DNA of 64,000 bases from Acanthaster planci. Its lineage: Eukaryota. Positions 15,701 to 30,500 of the stretch are shown piece after piece; positions within the stretch are counted from its first letter, which is position 1, and each line of letters starts with the position of its first letter. The notes beneath the pieces are model-generated. The model did no database searches and was not told the DNA's origin. It saw only the letters and a program-made list of their open reading frames with translations. The stretch is from positions 556,083 to 620,082 of the forward strand of contig NW_019091355.1 of NCBI RefSeq assembly GCF_001949145.1, written 5' to 3'. A program made the translations under genes and the position numbers.

Positions 15701-16456
15701 GAAGAACTTGTATCTTTGTAAAAAAATCTTTAAGAAGGGAAAAAAGATTATGAGTGAGGCCTCTTTAAGTGATCATCTTTAACAATTTATCACTTTGACT
15801 TTCAGGATCCGACTTTTGTCCAGATGCCAGACAATTTATCGAGACTTTATGGAGAATTTACTGTCATGAGCACACCAGGGACCAGCTTGCAAAAATAAAT
15901 AGTAGGCCTAGTGTCTGAACATGAGAGTTACCTGCGATAGGAGTGGGAAGGGGTTAGTGTCTCAGTTTTGGAGGCAGATAATGTTACAAGTCAAAACATG
16001 AGCGTGCTTTTGCCTTTGCACCTCCGTGACCAAGTTTCATAATTTGTTTTTTTGGTCCTGTTCTGTTGCTGATAGTGAACTGTTGTAGTTGTCACAAGCC
16101 CACTGCCACAAGTCATTCAGTCTTGTCAAGTCACAAGGTGATCAAATGAACTGAGATAAAAGTACGGTACGGTACGAGTACATGTATTCTTTCATCCTGC
16201 ATTGTTCAGACTGTGACATGCGTCTGGACTTGTGATGGACTAGATTGCAAACTTTACCACCAGTACTATGACAACATGCTCACAGCGAGGGTGAAACTGC
16301 ATGAAGTACATTGCAAAAACGGGACGGAAAATGAAAAATTTCAACTAAGACCAGAAGTTCTTTTATGATAAAACTGTGGAAAGATGCAAAAGGACATCTT
16401 TGTAGCAAGACATGTGTGTATGTGGTCATGACTGACAAAAACAGGAAACACTTAAA

Positions 16457-16707
16457 CAGCAGCGTAGCTAGGATTCTAAGCTGGAGGGGGCATACGTGGG
16501 GGGCTTTACGTTAAAGGGAAAGGGTTGACTGGCAGCTGATTTGGATTTTGCAATTTGTGTTGGCATATAAATCAATAACGGTGTCCCAGGATTAGGAACG
16601 TGGGTTTGAACAATTTTCAGTTTCAAAAATGCAAGCGAGGGGGATGGAGTAACGAGGGGCGATGATTTTTCATGGGGGTACATGTACCCCCCTTAGCCAC
16701 GCTGCTG
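16457..16707. mobile_element. Non-autonomous hAT-like MITE (about 250 bp)
   Basis: TIRs cagcagcgtagctagg / cttagccacgctgctg; flanks cacttaaa and gagttaaa match 6/8 as an eroded TSD; G-run-rich interior. Confidence 0.7.
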
Positions 16708-19700
16708 GAGTTAAATATTGGTCAGACAGCTTGAAAATAATGGAGTTTTATTTATCCACGTAATGAAACCTACAATGTAAAGAGGAATATATTCAGTGAC
16801 TGTTCTGAAGTGGACCCATAACATCACAGAGATAATTGGTATGCATTGGTGCTAGAAGAAAATAAACTTTTATGTGTCAAGTGATAATGATAATTGGAAT
16901 TCCAAGAAAGGAAAGTTGTGAAATGCACAGCCCTATCATCCGTTGTCCCTTTTCTGCTCTATAAAAAAAACAAATAGGACATCAACGTTTCCATCCCCCG
17001 AGGTCAACAGAGGACGTAATTTCATCAGAGCTTGTGGCAGTCTGGACCCTTGTGTTTGTTGTTTCTAGCCATATCTGTTTTGGAATTTTTTCCCTGCTGT
17101 TGGGTTTGAAAGATGATGCATTCGGAGCATGTCACGCACATACATGTAGATTGTGACGTGTGCATAATTCAGATCTGAGGTAATGACAAGTAACAACGAT
17201 GCTGATGTGGCCTTATCAGGCATTTGCCGGCAGAACTTCATCATACTTGAGCATACCAGTAAATGTTTTTTTCTAGAGTTTGCATACCAGGCAAAGTTCT
17301 AGCCAGAAAAATGTTGTTGAAGCTGTTCAATCATATTAAAACGTAGTACTCTTTGAAGGCCTGTATTTTTCATTACTTTTACATGTAATTCAAAGAGAAA
17401 ACATGCACAGATTGATTTTTGTTTTCATTTTGTTGGGTGAAGTGGAAAAAATTCAGAGTCCATATAGGTTTTATTTCCGGGGAGGGGGGGGGAAGGTCAC
17501 CCTAGTTTCGGAAGCTCACTGGCTTTGATCACTTTTGTCTTGAGGTGTTTAGAATATGTTACAATGCAGATACTAGCAAACCTTGCTTTTGTGCTGCTAG
17601 GTATTGGCATGATTAGATCTTTTATTCATTTGTTGATGCTTAATTTAAAAATATAAAAAAGCCCTTCAAGATGGCCACTGTGTGTAAACCCTCTATACCA
17701 AGTTTGGTCAAGTAGAGCACACCCTGCATGTCCATGTTGCATGGTTAGATTATAACCACAAGCATCTGAAGCATGTGCTGCCTCTTGAGATTTTAATGTA
17801 AGGAAGTCCCCAGTCAGATGTGTCATGGCTGATTTCCCCGTTGATAAGTAAGGTTTATATTTCGGAACTTTCGTACTTGTGTCAAGGTTCCATGTTATGA
17901 AACTTGGTGCCAGAATTTTTACCGTAAACACATGCTAAGGGTGTTAACTAACCGGGCATAGAATCAAAGATGGTTATTGTCCTAAATGTTACAGTCTTTT
18001 GCAAGAGCATTGTTACACCTCTGAACATACTTGTATATGCAGGTGAACTTTTTTACTCAATCTTCTCAAGTTAGAAAACTACTACCTGTTGGGATATCAT
18101 GCCAATCTGGTTTTTCAGTCTCAAATTCAAGGACAGGTTCTCGTCCTTGAGGTTGGACTGCCTGAAAGTGCAACTCTTAGTATTAAGTTTTGACCTTGAC
18201 CGTAACAGCAGAGATCAGCGGCTGATGATGTCAGATACCAGATGCACTCACTGAATTATGTTTGAGGTTTGATGCTGATTTTCTTTTGGTACATACCGAT
18301 AGTGTTCCACTGGTGTTCCATTTGATAGATTGAGCAAGGCCCTAGGAAATTTCCATGTAGTCCAGGTTAATGGTGGCAGCAAATGTCCCCCTTTGGTTCA
18401 GGATTATTATAAATGATTGTTTGATTTGCAGAGCTGAGAACGGATCACCTGGCAACTGAGATCACTTCTGTAGCAGGTGCTTTGGCTGGGTCACTGGCAA
18501 CAGGTGTTCTGAATACGGAACTATCCGTGATTTACTGGCATTCTGACCTGGCCTCATGATCTGAGCACATGTGGTTGTCACTTCCCCTGGGGCTCAGTCA
18601 GGGATCAACCTGAGGCAACCACCCAAAGCTTTGACTCAATTAATTGAGGGGGTGTCCCTATAGGGTCATTGTGGTGTCATATCAGAGGGATTGACTGCTA
18701 TTAGTGGGGGGTAATTAGTGGGGAGTAATTAAGGCCTGATCAGGCTGAAGAGGGGATAGTGCTTTTTGAAGTGTTTACACTTCAAATATTTAAGTTCAGG
18801 GTTGTGGGAAGTAGGTTGCTTACCTTCTTGAGATGAACTGTCAGAGTTGCAGCCCAGCACCCAGTTTGATGAGTAAAAGTGCAGAAAAAAGGGGGACCCA
18901 GGTTTTTTTTGGGGGGGAGGGGATGGAGGGACTAGCTGTCGTGTCCTTACTGTGAAATTTTCAATAAAAACTTGTTTAAAAATGTTTGGATTAATTTTTC
19001 CCCTACTACACGTAGGCCTAGGTCAAAAGACAGAAACTCAAGATACATGCGTGTATAAAAACATGCCCGCATTTCTTTCCTAGATCATAGTAGATGGAAC
19101 GAGAAAAAAATTCAAAGTTGTACTTCCAGTTTCCCTTTTTAAACTTACCTATTTGGTGTAACTTTGTACTCCTGTGGTATACATGTTGCCAAAAAATTAC
19201 CCAAAGTTCCTCAAAGTGCTTTGGAATAGTGGTTTCAAGGAACCGTTTGTGAAGTTCCAAGTATTTGCAGGCATGTTTCACAGAAAACTCACCCCAATGT
19301 CCTTGATGCACAGAGGTTTTGTGGCTTTGCACTTGATCCCCTCAGTGTCCAATTTGTCATGTGAGGTAAGGGTGCACATACTGTACATGTAATAGGAAGT
19401 CCTTAGTTTTTACATTCGTCGTCGTGTCCTTATCTCAGTATTTGACTCATTCATCCCATAGATGTGATCTTGGCACCATTGCAACATCAGTCTTTACTTC
19501 AGAAATGCATGATAAGTTGATGGTCCAAAACTATGGTATTACGAGTTGAAAGCACTTTTCTGTCTCACAACTGTGTGTCTGGTTGTCATGTGCTTGGCAT
19601 GTAGTATAATACATCAGTTTTCTTTACTGGATGGCTTGATGTACTCAGTCAAAATAAGGCATTGTCTCCTTGGCTACTGATATTTTAGTGTACAATATCT

Positions 19701-22700
19701 GGAACAGTTCTAGTCCCCATCTGTACTTTAATAATCAAACGAACTGTCTGTTAATGAATTGCATTTTCTTATTTAGGCATCCTGATATGGGATGTAGGCC
19801 TATATCACTCCTAATTACATTATCAGGAGCAGACAATAATCCAGTTATTGTGTAATGTTTGCGGGTATGACTGGTGGCCCTACCTGTGGCTGCTTCCTGT
19901 TGTTTAAAGGGAAAATTGAATGGAAAACCAGTGGGCATTTCCTGTTGGCCCAGGTTTTCCTTGACGCATACTCCTACGTAAAAGTGTGGCTCCTGTCAGT
20001 GACTGCAATGTTTTAATTGAACTTAAAGCAATTTGTGGTTTTCTGTTGCTCTGAAATTAGTTCTACGTGTACATGTACGTTGTATTTGTATTCAATTCAA
20101 ATCCCACCTGCTAGTCATTTCAAGGTGTACCATTCTACAGGTGTATGTTTGGTAGCATCTTATAGTCAGTTTAGTTCTACTGGGTACCAAGTCTCTGGAG
20201 CAACACTGCACACAGATATTCAGCAAAGACCCATATTCCATTAAAAATGCCATGATTCCATACATCCACATGTTACCAATTCATTTTTGCCCTTTGCATA
20301 TTCCTTACTGTGTTTGAGAGAACCCTTTAAAACATTTTCTTCAATGTTGGATTTGAAGAACTGAGCTAAGACTATTACAAAACAATATTTTCAAGACTAG
20401 TTTTCCAAACAGAACCAGTAGTATTGAGTTGGCAAAGTATCAAAATTTTCTAATTCTCCGAACAGATCTGTCAGTCCACTCCTCGGATACCGCAACTCCA
20501 GGAGCCATAACATAGTGAATGCCAGTGACAGGCAACATTTAGTAAATATTTTCAAACACTGGCAGGATGTTTTCCCCTCAGTTTGGAAGAATAAGAAGGG
20601 ATGTGGGTTTGATGATGCGAGAAAAAAATGATATCCGTGACTCACTCACTCTATAAGGTTTAGGTTTAGTCATATCAGAAGCAAGGTTAGAAAATGTCTC
20701 TTTATGCTGTGAAAAATTGTGGCATAAAGTGAATTGATTAAGCAGAAGTTAACATGTAAATATTGTTGCCTTTAAAATTTCTCCCCATCTTTTCAGTGCT
20801 TTCATTTTTATTCCCCATTACAATGAATTTGATTTTAAAAATTGAAAAAAGGTAGGTTTTAAATAGTTTTGCAGTTACTAACTTGTAATAACTTAATTCT
20901 CAGAGCTAACAAATAACAAGAATGAAAAAGCTTTGCTCCCAGTTGTGAGATTGGGCTGGTAGAAACACGGAATATTTCTGTGTGGCCAGAAAATAATTTG
21001 TCTTGAATTATTTTAGAAAGATGATGCTTTGCTCTTCTGGGGATGTCATCAGCGGAAGTTCTTAATCAGCCCTGCTCCTAACGATCCTCTGATCACTCCA
21101 TGGGGGCTGGTGACAAGCTGGTAACCTGCAGAGTGTCGTTCTTATAATGATCAACTTGTCCAGCTGGATTGGTGATGGACGAAATGCACAGTAGCCCCTT
21201 GTAACCTTATTGGATGGAGGCCTAGTGATCAGTGAAGCACTGGCTTGGCTTTGTGGTTTACAAGATCAAGTTTGGTGGTCTCAGAAGTCATGTTTTTCAA
21301 CTCATCTGTAATGAAAGATTCATCCTTGAAAGGCCATGTTTCTTAGAAATGATGATACCATTTTAAAATTTGGCTACTACAGGTAATTTGTTTGTTTGTT
21401 CACCCCTCAAACCACAATCTACCTGCCTCAGGCTATTAAAGCTGTGTTAAACATGTTATTCATGCAAGTCAGGCTAGGCACTCTATCTGACCATAAGAGT
21501 AAGGAACAGAATCTAACCAGATGCAGTGTAGTGTCATTGGAAAATGTTGCCCCTAAAGTTTGGCAAACAAGCACTTCTACCAATTTTGCTGGTTATTGAA
21601 TTATCTTACAAAAAGGACTGTACACAATGTTTCTTCCCCGATTTGACATCCCTTGGCTCAGGGGTCAGTTTAATTTCCTGTAACAGAAACATCGAGTTGT
21701 CTCATCTGAGCCCAATTTTAATTTCGGATTGTTTCACCCGTTGGCAACAGTATAATGTTTGCATCTAATTGTGAATCTTAGATCAAGCCAAAGATAGCAA
21801 TATTCCAAGATGTGGAAAAGTGCCTATAGTCAGGGAGCATTTGGGTTCATGAGAAGGACACCTCAGAAAGGTGCTGACATCCCCTTCTGACAGGCATACC
21901 CTCTCCTGCTAATGAAGAGCTTGTTACTGTGTATTGATAGGTTTGGATGACTGCATGGGTAACCCCTTGTACCTACGATGTATTGAAAGCTTGGCTAACT
22001 TCACACGGAAAGAATTTGTGGAAGTAAGCACACGCCAAACACATAATCACTTAAATTGTTCCAGGTAGGACAACTCTGCACAATGTTGGCATTAATTGCT
22101 TTACTCCGTGGCCTTCACTTCTTGATTATTGGGCAATTTCTCAGACAATTTATCCTGATTTATAGTTGTTTAGAGCAGGGTTTTCGATATATAATTCAAC
22201 CTGGCATTGACCTTTGGGCTAGATGAAATGCTTGTGGAAATCGTGCCGTAAAATTGTGTAATGCTTTGCGGAAACGATGAAGGTATATTTTGACAGAGTC
22301 CAGACTTTTTATCGCTGTGTTGACTGTGTTTATGAGAGGGATTTCAATATCTGGACTGGTATTGGCTCAACACCTCATAAAAATGAAATATTTCAGTGAT
22401 CATTTTGCTTTGCCTATGCATAATTCCTATTTTTCTGAATTGTCAGAACAGGAGATTCATGTGTGTTCTCTCACACCATTTTACATGGAAATTGGTACAA
22501 ATGATGGTGACTGAAATTGTCATTTATGTAGATAAATTAATACTTCATAGATGTACGGTATGTCAGTGGTGTGTAAGTTAATATAAACAGAAAAAATTGC
22601 TCTTTTGTACATTCTGTTCAAGCTTTCACCCCACGTTTGTCAAGGAACCCGAATTTCAAGAACTGAAATAACTTGGAAGGGGAAAAAAAGCAAGTTTGGA

Positions 22701-25700
22701 TGTTGTTTTCCAGGTTTAGTAAAGCTGTGTATGCTCTGAGAGGCCCCAGGGAACCCTTGTTTTTTGGTAGCAGTGTACCCTCCCTGAGGGGCTGTTTGTT
22801 TGGCAGTGGACCTCTTATACATGTAATGTCACCCAGAGTTCATGTGAACTGACCATTAGTAGAAGTTTTCTGCAGTTGCTGAGTGTATATTGTAGCTTCA
22901 TAGCCACTTCAACCGTGAAGCGTCCATTGTCCATGGATCGTCTTCTGGTGTGTTCAGGATCAGTTTACTCCTTGCTCTCTTGTTAAATTCTTTCCATCTT
23001 TTCTCATGAGCAAAAATATTTGGATTGCACAACAACTATTGGCATGCAAATGGCAACAACAACTGATATGGTATATGAATTATTGGTTGCTGACACTTGT
23101 GGGACGAACACAGACCCCCCCAAATAGCTCTTGTTTTTGTGATAGGAAATCCAAACTGTTTGTATAATTTTATATTCAGAATAATGTTTCACAAATGTCA
23201 AGAATTTACTAAACAATGAAACATGAATCAGATCAGAAATTAAAAACATTTGTTTTTAGTTTGTGCATTTATCAATATTGAAAAAGTTCCACTTTATCAT
23301 AGTTTGATCTTGATTTTAATATAAAACCGGCTGTTGGAGACAGATACAAAGACATATGCTTAAAGCAAGGGAGTTTTGTCTCAAGCGCCCTGTGCGTGAA
23401 GATTTTGCAAGTTTCCGTGCAAACATCCAGGAAATTTGTACTTATACCATTTACTAAGCATGCACCCTCAGAGAAGCCCCAAAGATACGTGAATGATTGC
23501 TCTAATACAAAGGCGAATTTTATTATCAGAAGTGATTGATGTTGAGGAAGGCACTAATTCATCTTTACACTAGTTGGATCTGCTTTGAGAAATTGGATTG
23601 AAATCACCTGTTGGTACAGGTGTGTCTTTAGGTTAGAGTGATCCTTCTGTAGTTGTAAAATTTCAAACTTGGTCGGCATTTAGCTTTGACTTGAGACCAC
23701 ATTTAGCCTGTTTTGCATGATCCCCTGTTGATGTATTAAAAGGCAGTGTTGCAGTGTCTTGATTGGCTCTGCCAAAGATGGACACATATGTCGGAGGGAA
23801 CTCTTAACTAGTGGTAATTTCTGCTTCCTGAAGGGACTGGAAATGAAGGTAAATTGAGTGAAAAGGAATTCTTGCTCGCGATTCTGGAACATTATCTCCT
23901 TGTCACTGCATGTCTTTCCTACGTTGTTTCAACACATGAGGCATCCCTGGGTATGCCAGACTCAATTAAGCCATGTGCAACACCTGCCCTCATGGCCACA
24001 GTGTGGAATTAACCTTGAAGTGAGACACTTTGTTCTTTTACTGTATGGAAATCTCTCTGTCCATGAAGCTCTCATCAAATAGAATTTATTTACATGTAAC
24101 CAGTGATGAGTGATTAAACACTTCTGAATACTAAACATGTTACCACAGCAAATGTTACCCACAGTGCTTTGGGTTTCCTTCACAAAACTGTGTGACAGTG
24201 AAGAGGAAGTCCTGAAGCAGTTCTGTGGCCCACTAGAACAGTTTGTGTGGCAAGGTGCCATACCTTGCCCTGATGTGCAAGAGTTGATAACAAACAGGAG
24301 ATCAGAGAGAGGGGATCCAATTATTCAAGTGACATGATTCACCAAGGTCCTTTCCTTGAAAGGCCATCAAAGGTCACTGACCTGACCCCTGGATGTACTT
24401 TTGATACAGTGATATCACCAAGAGAAAAAATATTGTAGCTTCCTTTGGAATTGCTATTTTTTTTAAAGGAAATTGAGCAATCCAGTTTTGAGGATGTTGC
24501 AAAGGAATACCATACATTCTCAAATGTGTTTTGATGCAATTTGGCAATAAGGTTAGTTTCACTTCATGGTTCTCTATGGTTTCTTACAATCAGTGTTGCT
24601 TGAGTATCAAAATTACCTTCAACTGTTTCAACTTCAGACAAATAATATGATAAGAATGATCACCATCCCCCAAACAGTTTACAGTTTGATAGCCATTAAC
24701 TGCAACTAAAGAAACTATACATCAGCTATAGTTTCAGATATTTCCAATAGAACACATGGCACAGAATGTTCAGATCTGGTTCAAACCTAATGAGTCAGTG
24801 TCCAAATCATAGATCTCGTTCTGGTACATTCTACCACGAATGATTCTACTCCATGTACATTCTTGGCATAAGCTGCCTCCCCCCCCCAATAATCCTATTT
24901 TGTCATCAGACTGACACAGCTGGTATTCCCATGCAGTGAGAGTGGTGGCAGAAATACCTTAGGTGGTTTTCTTGTGTATTTGGCAAGACTTGAGTTTATT
25001 GTCTTTGCATAAAAACCAGAGCAATGGCCCACCTAGGGTAACACATAGGGAAAAAATGGCTAACATGGTTCTGGAAAGGAGGATAGCTGAAAAAAGAACC
25101 AACTCAGAGCAGGAACATCCGCGTAAATACAAAGCTCTCGCCTCCTGAAAGTATTTTGTCAAACGAAAACTTGTTTGAAGGAATCTGTTCGTTTACCCCC
25201 CAACAGATTTTCTGATTCAGACAAATGTGCTTGCACCTTGACTAGTCACAAGTGTAAATTTGCCCTAAACTTGCTTGTATTAATTACAAAACTGCAAGCC
25301 ATTCAGAAACCTTTTTTCCTGACGTTGTACAAATACAATTAAGTTGCACACCAATTTCTGTAGATTTTCTGAAATAGATTTTATCACGTTCGTGAAACCA
25401 TAATTAATTTTGACAAATTCCAGTGTCCATAACGATAAGCTTAGATAAGTTATTGAATAATTGTTACAATTTTTTACAATTCTGGTTACACATGGAAATA
25501 GTGCCTGTAGATTTTTGACAAGGGGCTGAGTGATTCTTGTCTGAAGTTGCAACCTTAAAGAAAACAGAGCTCCATTCTTATATCTTATCGGAGCGGGATC
25601 TTTTACAAAGCTGAACCTGTTACCTCTCGGAATAACTGGGTAAGTTTTGTTTACTGGGTCAGTGACCTCTAGGTCATTGGAGTCAAACTAGGCCTGATCT

Positions 25701-27343
25701 TCTTGTCATACGGGAGGAAAGAATTACTGTTCCTATCTATGAGGGGGGCTCACCATTGAACCAGATCTTGTTGAAGATTCCTAAGTTTGTTTTAAAGAAA
25801 CTCAAGAATTTATGATCCTGTATACATCCATGTTTGTTACCTGTGCCGATGTCAGGTGTTGACTGACAACCAACAGCCAAATGACAATGGTATCGGCAAT
25901 TGTAAGATTGCCCAATGTTAGATTGAAACTGCAGGCAGTAAACTTGACTGGGTAGTAGAACAACAGGTCATCTTTATTACGTGATACATGTATGAGTTTC
26001 TGTTTACAGATAATGTTATGGCTGAAAAAGGGAAAAATGGTAGCAAAGTCAGTAATCCATCTTTGGCTGATGCATTTCTGCATCATGCATGCCAGTACTC
26101 GAGATTCAAATTGATTTGAGATCACTAAAGTTACCAATTCAAGTCAAATTATATCGACATTTAAAAGGAATTTGTTGAAAATCAAAGGTAGCGAGTAGTT
26201 TTAACCACAGACCATTGTTTTAACCAACATTGGTGAGAAGTTGAACAGCTTCCAATTTTTTAGTAGGTACCAGATTTGTACACGGTGCCGTAATTGTTTG
26301 GATAGGCCCTGTATGTCTCCTTGAGGAGTTATCTTGGCAAAAATGTTCCTTGGAAATCTGTGCCAAGGCTTTGGAAAGGTTATCAGGCAACATAAAATAA
26401 ATGCACAAATTTCCAAGCAAATTTGTATACTACATCTCCTGAATTTATAGCCAGTCTGTTAGCTGGGTATCAGGGAACTATTCCAATTAAAACCACAGGC
26501 ATTTCCTCAGACAATCATTACATCATCAGTTCATTTGTCATTCCATCTTTTTCACACCTAAACATAGGTCCCTTACTAGGGCCCCTGACCGGCCAGCTAT
26601 GAGAACACAAATACTTTGCCGTGCTATTTTTTTTTAATTTGGAGATTGCTAGGATAAATACACAGTGGTATGGGGCTGGAGGAGATGATTACAACATAAT
26701 GGGCAGATTCGCGGGTGGGTGGGGGTGTCGTCCAGTTGTACTTTTTATGGGATATTGCTAACAATGCTTATGCAGTGAATCCTTCAATAGGAAATCTGAT
26801 TTTTCAGGAGGTCCACCATGGGTGATGCGCGCTATCTGAAATGTTATCTGAGGATGGGACACAAGAGGAGTTTTGTCCAGGATAATCCAAAATGATCCCG
26901 AAAGAATTGACACCCCTGTCAGACATGAATCCAGTTTCTTAACATGTATGTAAAATTTGCTTATACCTGAGATTTAACAATGCCACTAAGTGTGAACCGT
27001 TGACTTCAACGTAGACTCACCTTTTCATGCTTAAAGCACAGTTCAAATCAAAATCCCTAAAGTTTGGTTTTGAATGAACTAAAAATGGATGCAACAAAAT
27101 GAACATGTAACAGTCTATGACTTTATCCAGTGCTGGTGTGGGATAAGTTAGTTTAGTTATTTTTTTATGTGAAATTCTGTTAGTGGAATTTAAGCCAAGG
27201 GTAAACCCATGCAGTTGTCAGCATTCACCTGCTTTCTGTAGTGACTGATCACAGATGACACATCCACTCCTGTTTTTTGTTGAACATGTAGTGATACTGA
27301 ACAATGCATAGTCAATATCAGTTCTCTTGGGCTGTCATCTGAT

Positions 27344-27533
27344 CAGTGGAGTATTGGGGGGATGTGCCCCCTCCCCCCACTGAAATGAATGGATACTGAA
27401 CAAGGCTAACAAAAACTTGCCCCCCCCCCGAAAAACCACACCACTAAAAGCTGGTGCCCTCCCCATAAGATGCTGGTGCCCCCCTCTCCCATTGTGCCTC
27501 CCCCCCACTAGTAAAATCCTAGCGACACCACTG
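27344..27533. mobile_element. Non-autonomous hAT-like MITE (190 bp)
   Basis: Ends CAGTGG...CCACTG; perfect 8-bp target-site duplication CATCTGAT at 27336-27343 and 27534-27541; C-run-rich interior. Confidence 0.8.
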
Positions 27534-30500
27534 CATCTGATCTGAGTTTCCTGGTTAAAAGTGTGAAACAAGTGTATCAATGTCGTGATGTGATGGCTTC
27601 ATTTAAGCACTCTCTTCAGCAATTTCACTGTCAAATCAATGTTCACCACATTTCATTGGAAGTAATACTTCTGGTTGTAGTCATTTCTAGACACTTCAAA
27701 TCCATTGCTGTGGTAACAGACAAAATATTGACATACATGTGCAGGACCCACAAGGAACGAAATGGAGATGACAGCATAGATTAATAAAACCACAGTTCGT
27801 CTCCAACTTGTTTCCCAGCTGAACTCTGACTCAGGTCTTGTTCATCCAATTTCAACTTTTCACCCCAAAAAGGAGGTTCCAGACCGGAGAAATATTGAGG
27901 TTGGGTCTCTGATCCTTTGAAACGGGGTAATGAGAATGATGAATCATAAGAGAGGTCAGGGGTCAAAAGGAAGGGTCGATGACATAACACCTGGGTCAGT
28001 CATTTAAAGCTTAGTATGGGTTATTGAAAAATAGGCCAGAGTTGTGGGATAGTGGTAGTCTAGGACTAGTCTTTTCAAAGCCAAGTCTGAGGTCTGTCTT
28101 CTTAAAATTGTTGGACTTCCCTTTTTCTTCATGGAGAGTCTTTCAGATCATGATCAAAGAGTTTCAGAAGACCCATTTGGAATGGATGGATTTGCATTCT
28201 TTCATGGAAACCAAAGACAGTTGGTGCTTAGATTTTTGTGGCATATATATTCTAAGCTACTTGTATACGTGCTGATTCATAGATTCATGTAGGCCTACTT
28301 GGTTATTGAGGTAGCTTTGGGACTAGATAAAAGGAAAGGCCTCAATTCTCATACGTGAGTCGCAAGATTACGATTATGCTCAAGCCTGCCGTGCATGTAC
28401 ACACGTACACTGCACATGTATACTGAAGTCCAAATTTCTTATGTGGAAAACTTTATCATGTAGTGTAAACTTTACAGATCAAAATCGTTGAGTCATGACC
28501 CGACACAGCTGGTACAATTTTAAAAACACTTCAAGCGTCAGTGCTGTGCTTTCGTTTAATTTTTTTACTGAATGCAGTATCCTCCATATTGTCAATTGTC
28601 AAAGGCTTCCTTTTATACATCTTAGGTGGTGGCATATTTCCCAGGGAAAAGTTGCATCACCCGTGCCCTCTCAGATAGTAGACCAATAATTTGTACTTTT
28701 TGAACGATGGTTTACACTGAGAAGTTGAAGAAGAAACAGTGCTACCAAGCTCTTAACTTGTAAGACAGCTGTCCAGGAATCTTCACCATGAGGCGATCCT
28801 GAGTTTAGAAGTTAGTCGAGGAGTTGAATGAGGAAGTCTCAATAGTGCTCATGAGAAAAATTACAATACTCATCAACAATCTGCAAGCCATCTTAGAAAT
28901 CTAAACCTCCATTGAAATCCTGTGATAACGTGATGCTTTAATCCAATATCACTTTCTAATCCAGGGTTTGAACTCGTTGGGGAACCCATGGCCCTTTTTT
29001 CTTGTTACTCTTTGGGATTGCCAAGGCACACAGATAGCTCGTAGTGAAAACTTGGCTCCATCTGGCTCGTAGAGACTTCATGGATTAACTTGTATTCTTA
29101 GTCAGCAAGTCCATCAGGAAATCGTGCCTGAGAGACGCCCGTCTTGTGTGACACACATGGTATGAGTTGGAGATGTGTGCCTCACATATTTTGTACCTCG
29201 TCCAGAAAAGAAAAAAAATCCCGAACAAGATTGATTTCAGCCGGAAACCAGAGTTATGTTTCCCCGGGACAGTGTTATTTATCATCATAAAGCGTGATAT
29301 TGTATGAAAATAAAATACTCAGGTTGTCTGGCTGGGGCACAAATATGGGTTTGACTGGAACCACAGTTTGAGCAAATCTCACAGGACCTCGGACTCATTG
29401 TGCACTGTGGCTTCAATATGAAAATTACATATACGGAGTCAGGGTAACAGTGCATAAGAGTAGAATCATGGCATCTCTTAACTACCTCCACAATGCAGCA
29501 AATTACAGTCACTTATTAAAAAGACTACTGGATCAATGTAGATGCACATTATGCTATTTGCTTTGACATGTTTTTCTTGTAAGCATGATTAAAAAAAAAT
29601 CTTTTCTTCACAGTCAGTGAAAATACTAAACCAGATTGAAATTGGTTCCTCTAATATGGAGGATTTTAGTATTATATTCTCTCAGAGTTTCAAACAGCGT
29701 GGTTATCTTGATCTAAGGGAATCCTGCTTGAAACGGAAGCGCTGTCAGCACTACCAAACATGGGGCATACCTGGACAGATATTAGGGGTTTCACCTTGGG
29801 TGTTTGGAACTTATCTGCAAGTGGCGCGGGATGTTAAATTTTTTGTTCATGTGTTGGGTATAACCGCTGCAAATAACCAGGACCATCCAGTGGTAGTCAT
29901 TGTAAGATATTCAGTGGAGGCTCCAGAGAAATGGCACACTGAAAATACATCAGAAGGAGATTCCCTTGTAAGTTGTCAGTCACGTCTGCCTGATGGGCAG
30001 GGATAAAGACAATACTGGCCTTCTCAAGGAGTTTCCGTCACTCAGCCTGCCCGAATCTCCGGCGCTTCCTCTCCGGCAGGTGGCTGTGTCACCTGAGAGG
30101 GGCTGCGTCTGCCTGCTGAGCTGCCCGTTGTTTCCTGCGCAAATTGACACCGTTATCTGTGTCAAGATGTGTTTATACGGTGACTGCTTTTGGAGGAGGG
30201 TGAAAGAAGGGTAGATGCATAGAGGAGGATACCGCTACATGTACTTCTCTTTCTCTTCCAATATGTTTAATGATGATAAAGGCAGGCCAATAGATGAAGC
30301 TGATTTGTGGGCTTTAGTTGATGACAGTGCATTTTAGATGCATTAAAAGACCATGACATAAGCGATGTTCTAAAAGCTTGCCTTGGATAGGGGTGCATTT
30401 TTTGATGTGGAGGGAAAGGACTAAGTACCAGTTAACTGTTTGGAGCTCTGACAGTAACTGATGGAAAGACAAGTGCACTTTAGGCGGACTGTGGATGGTT

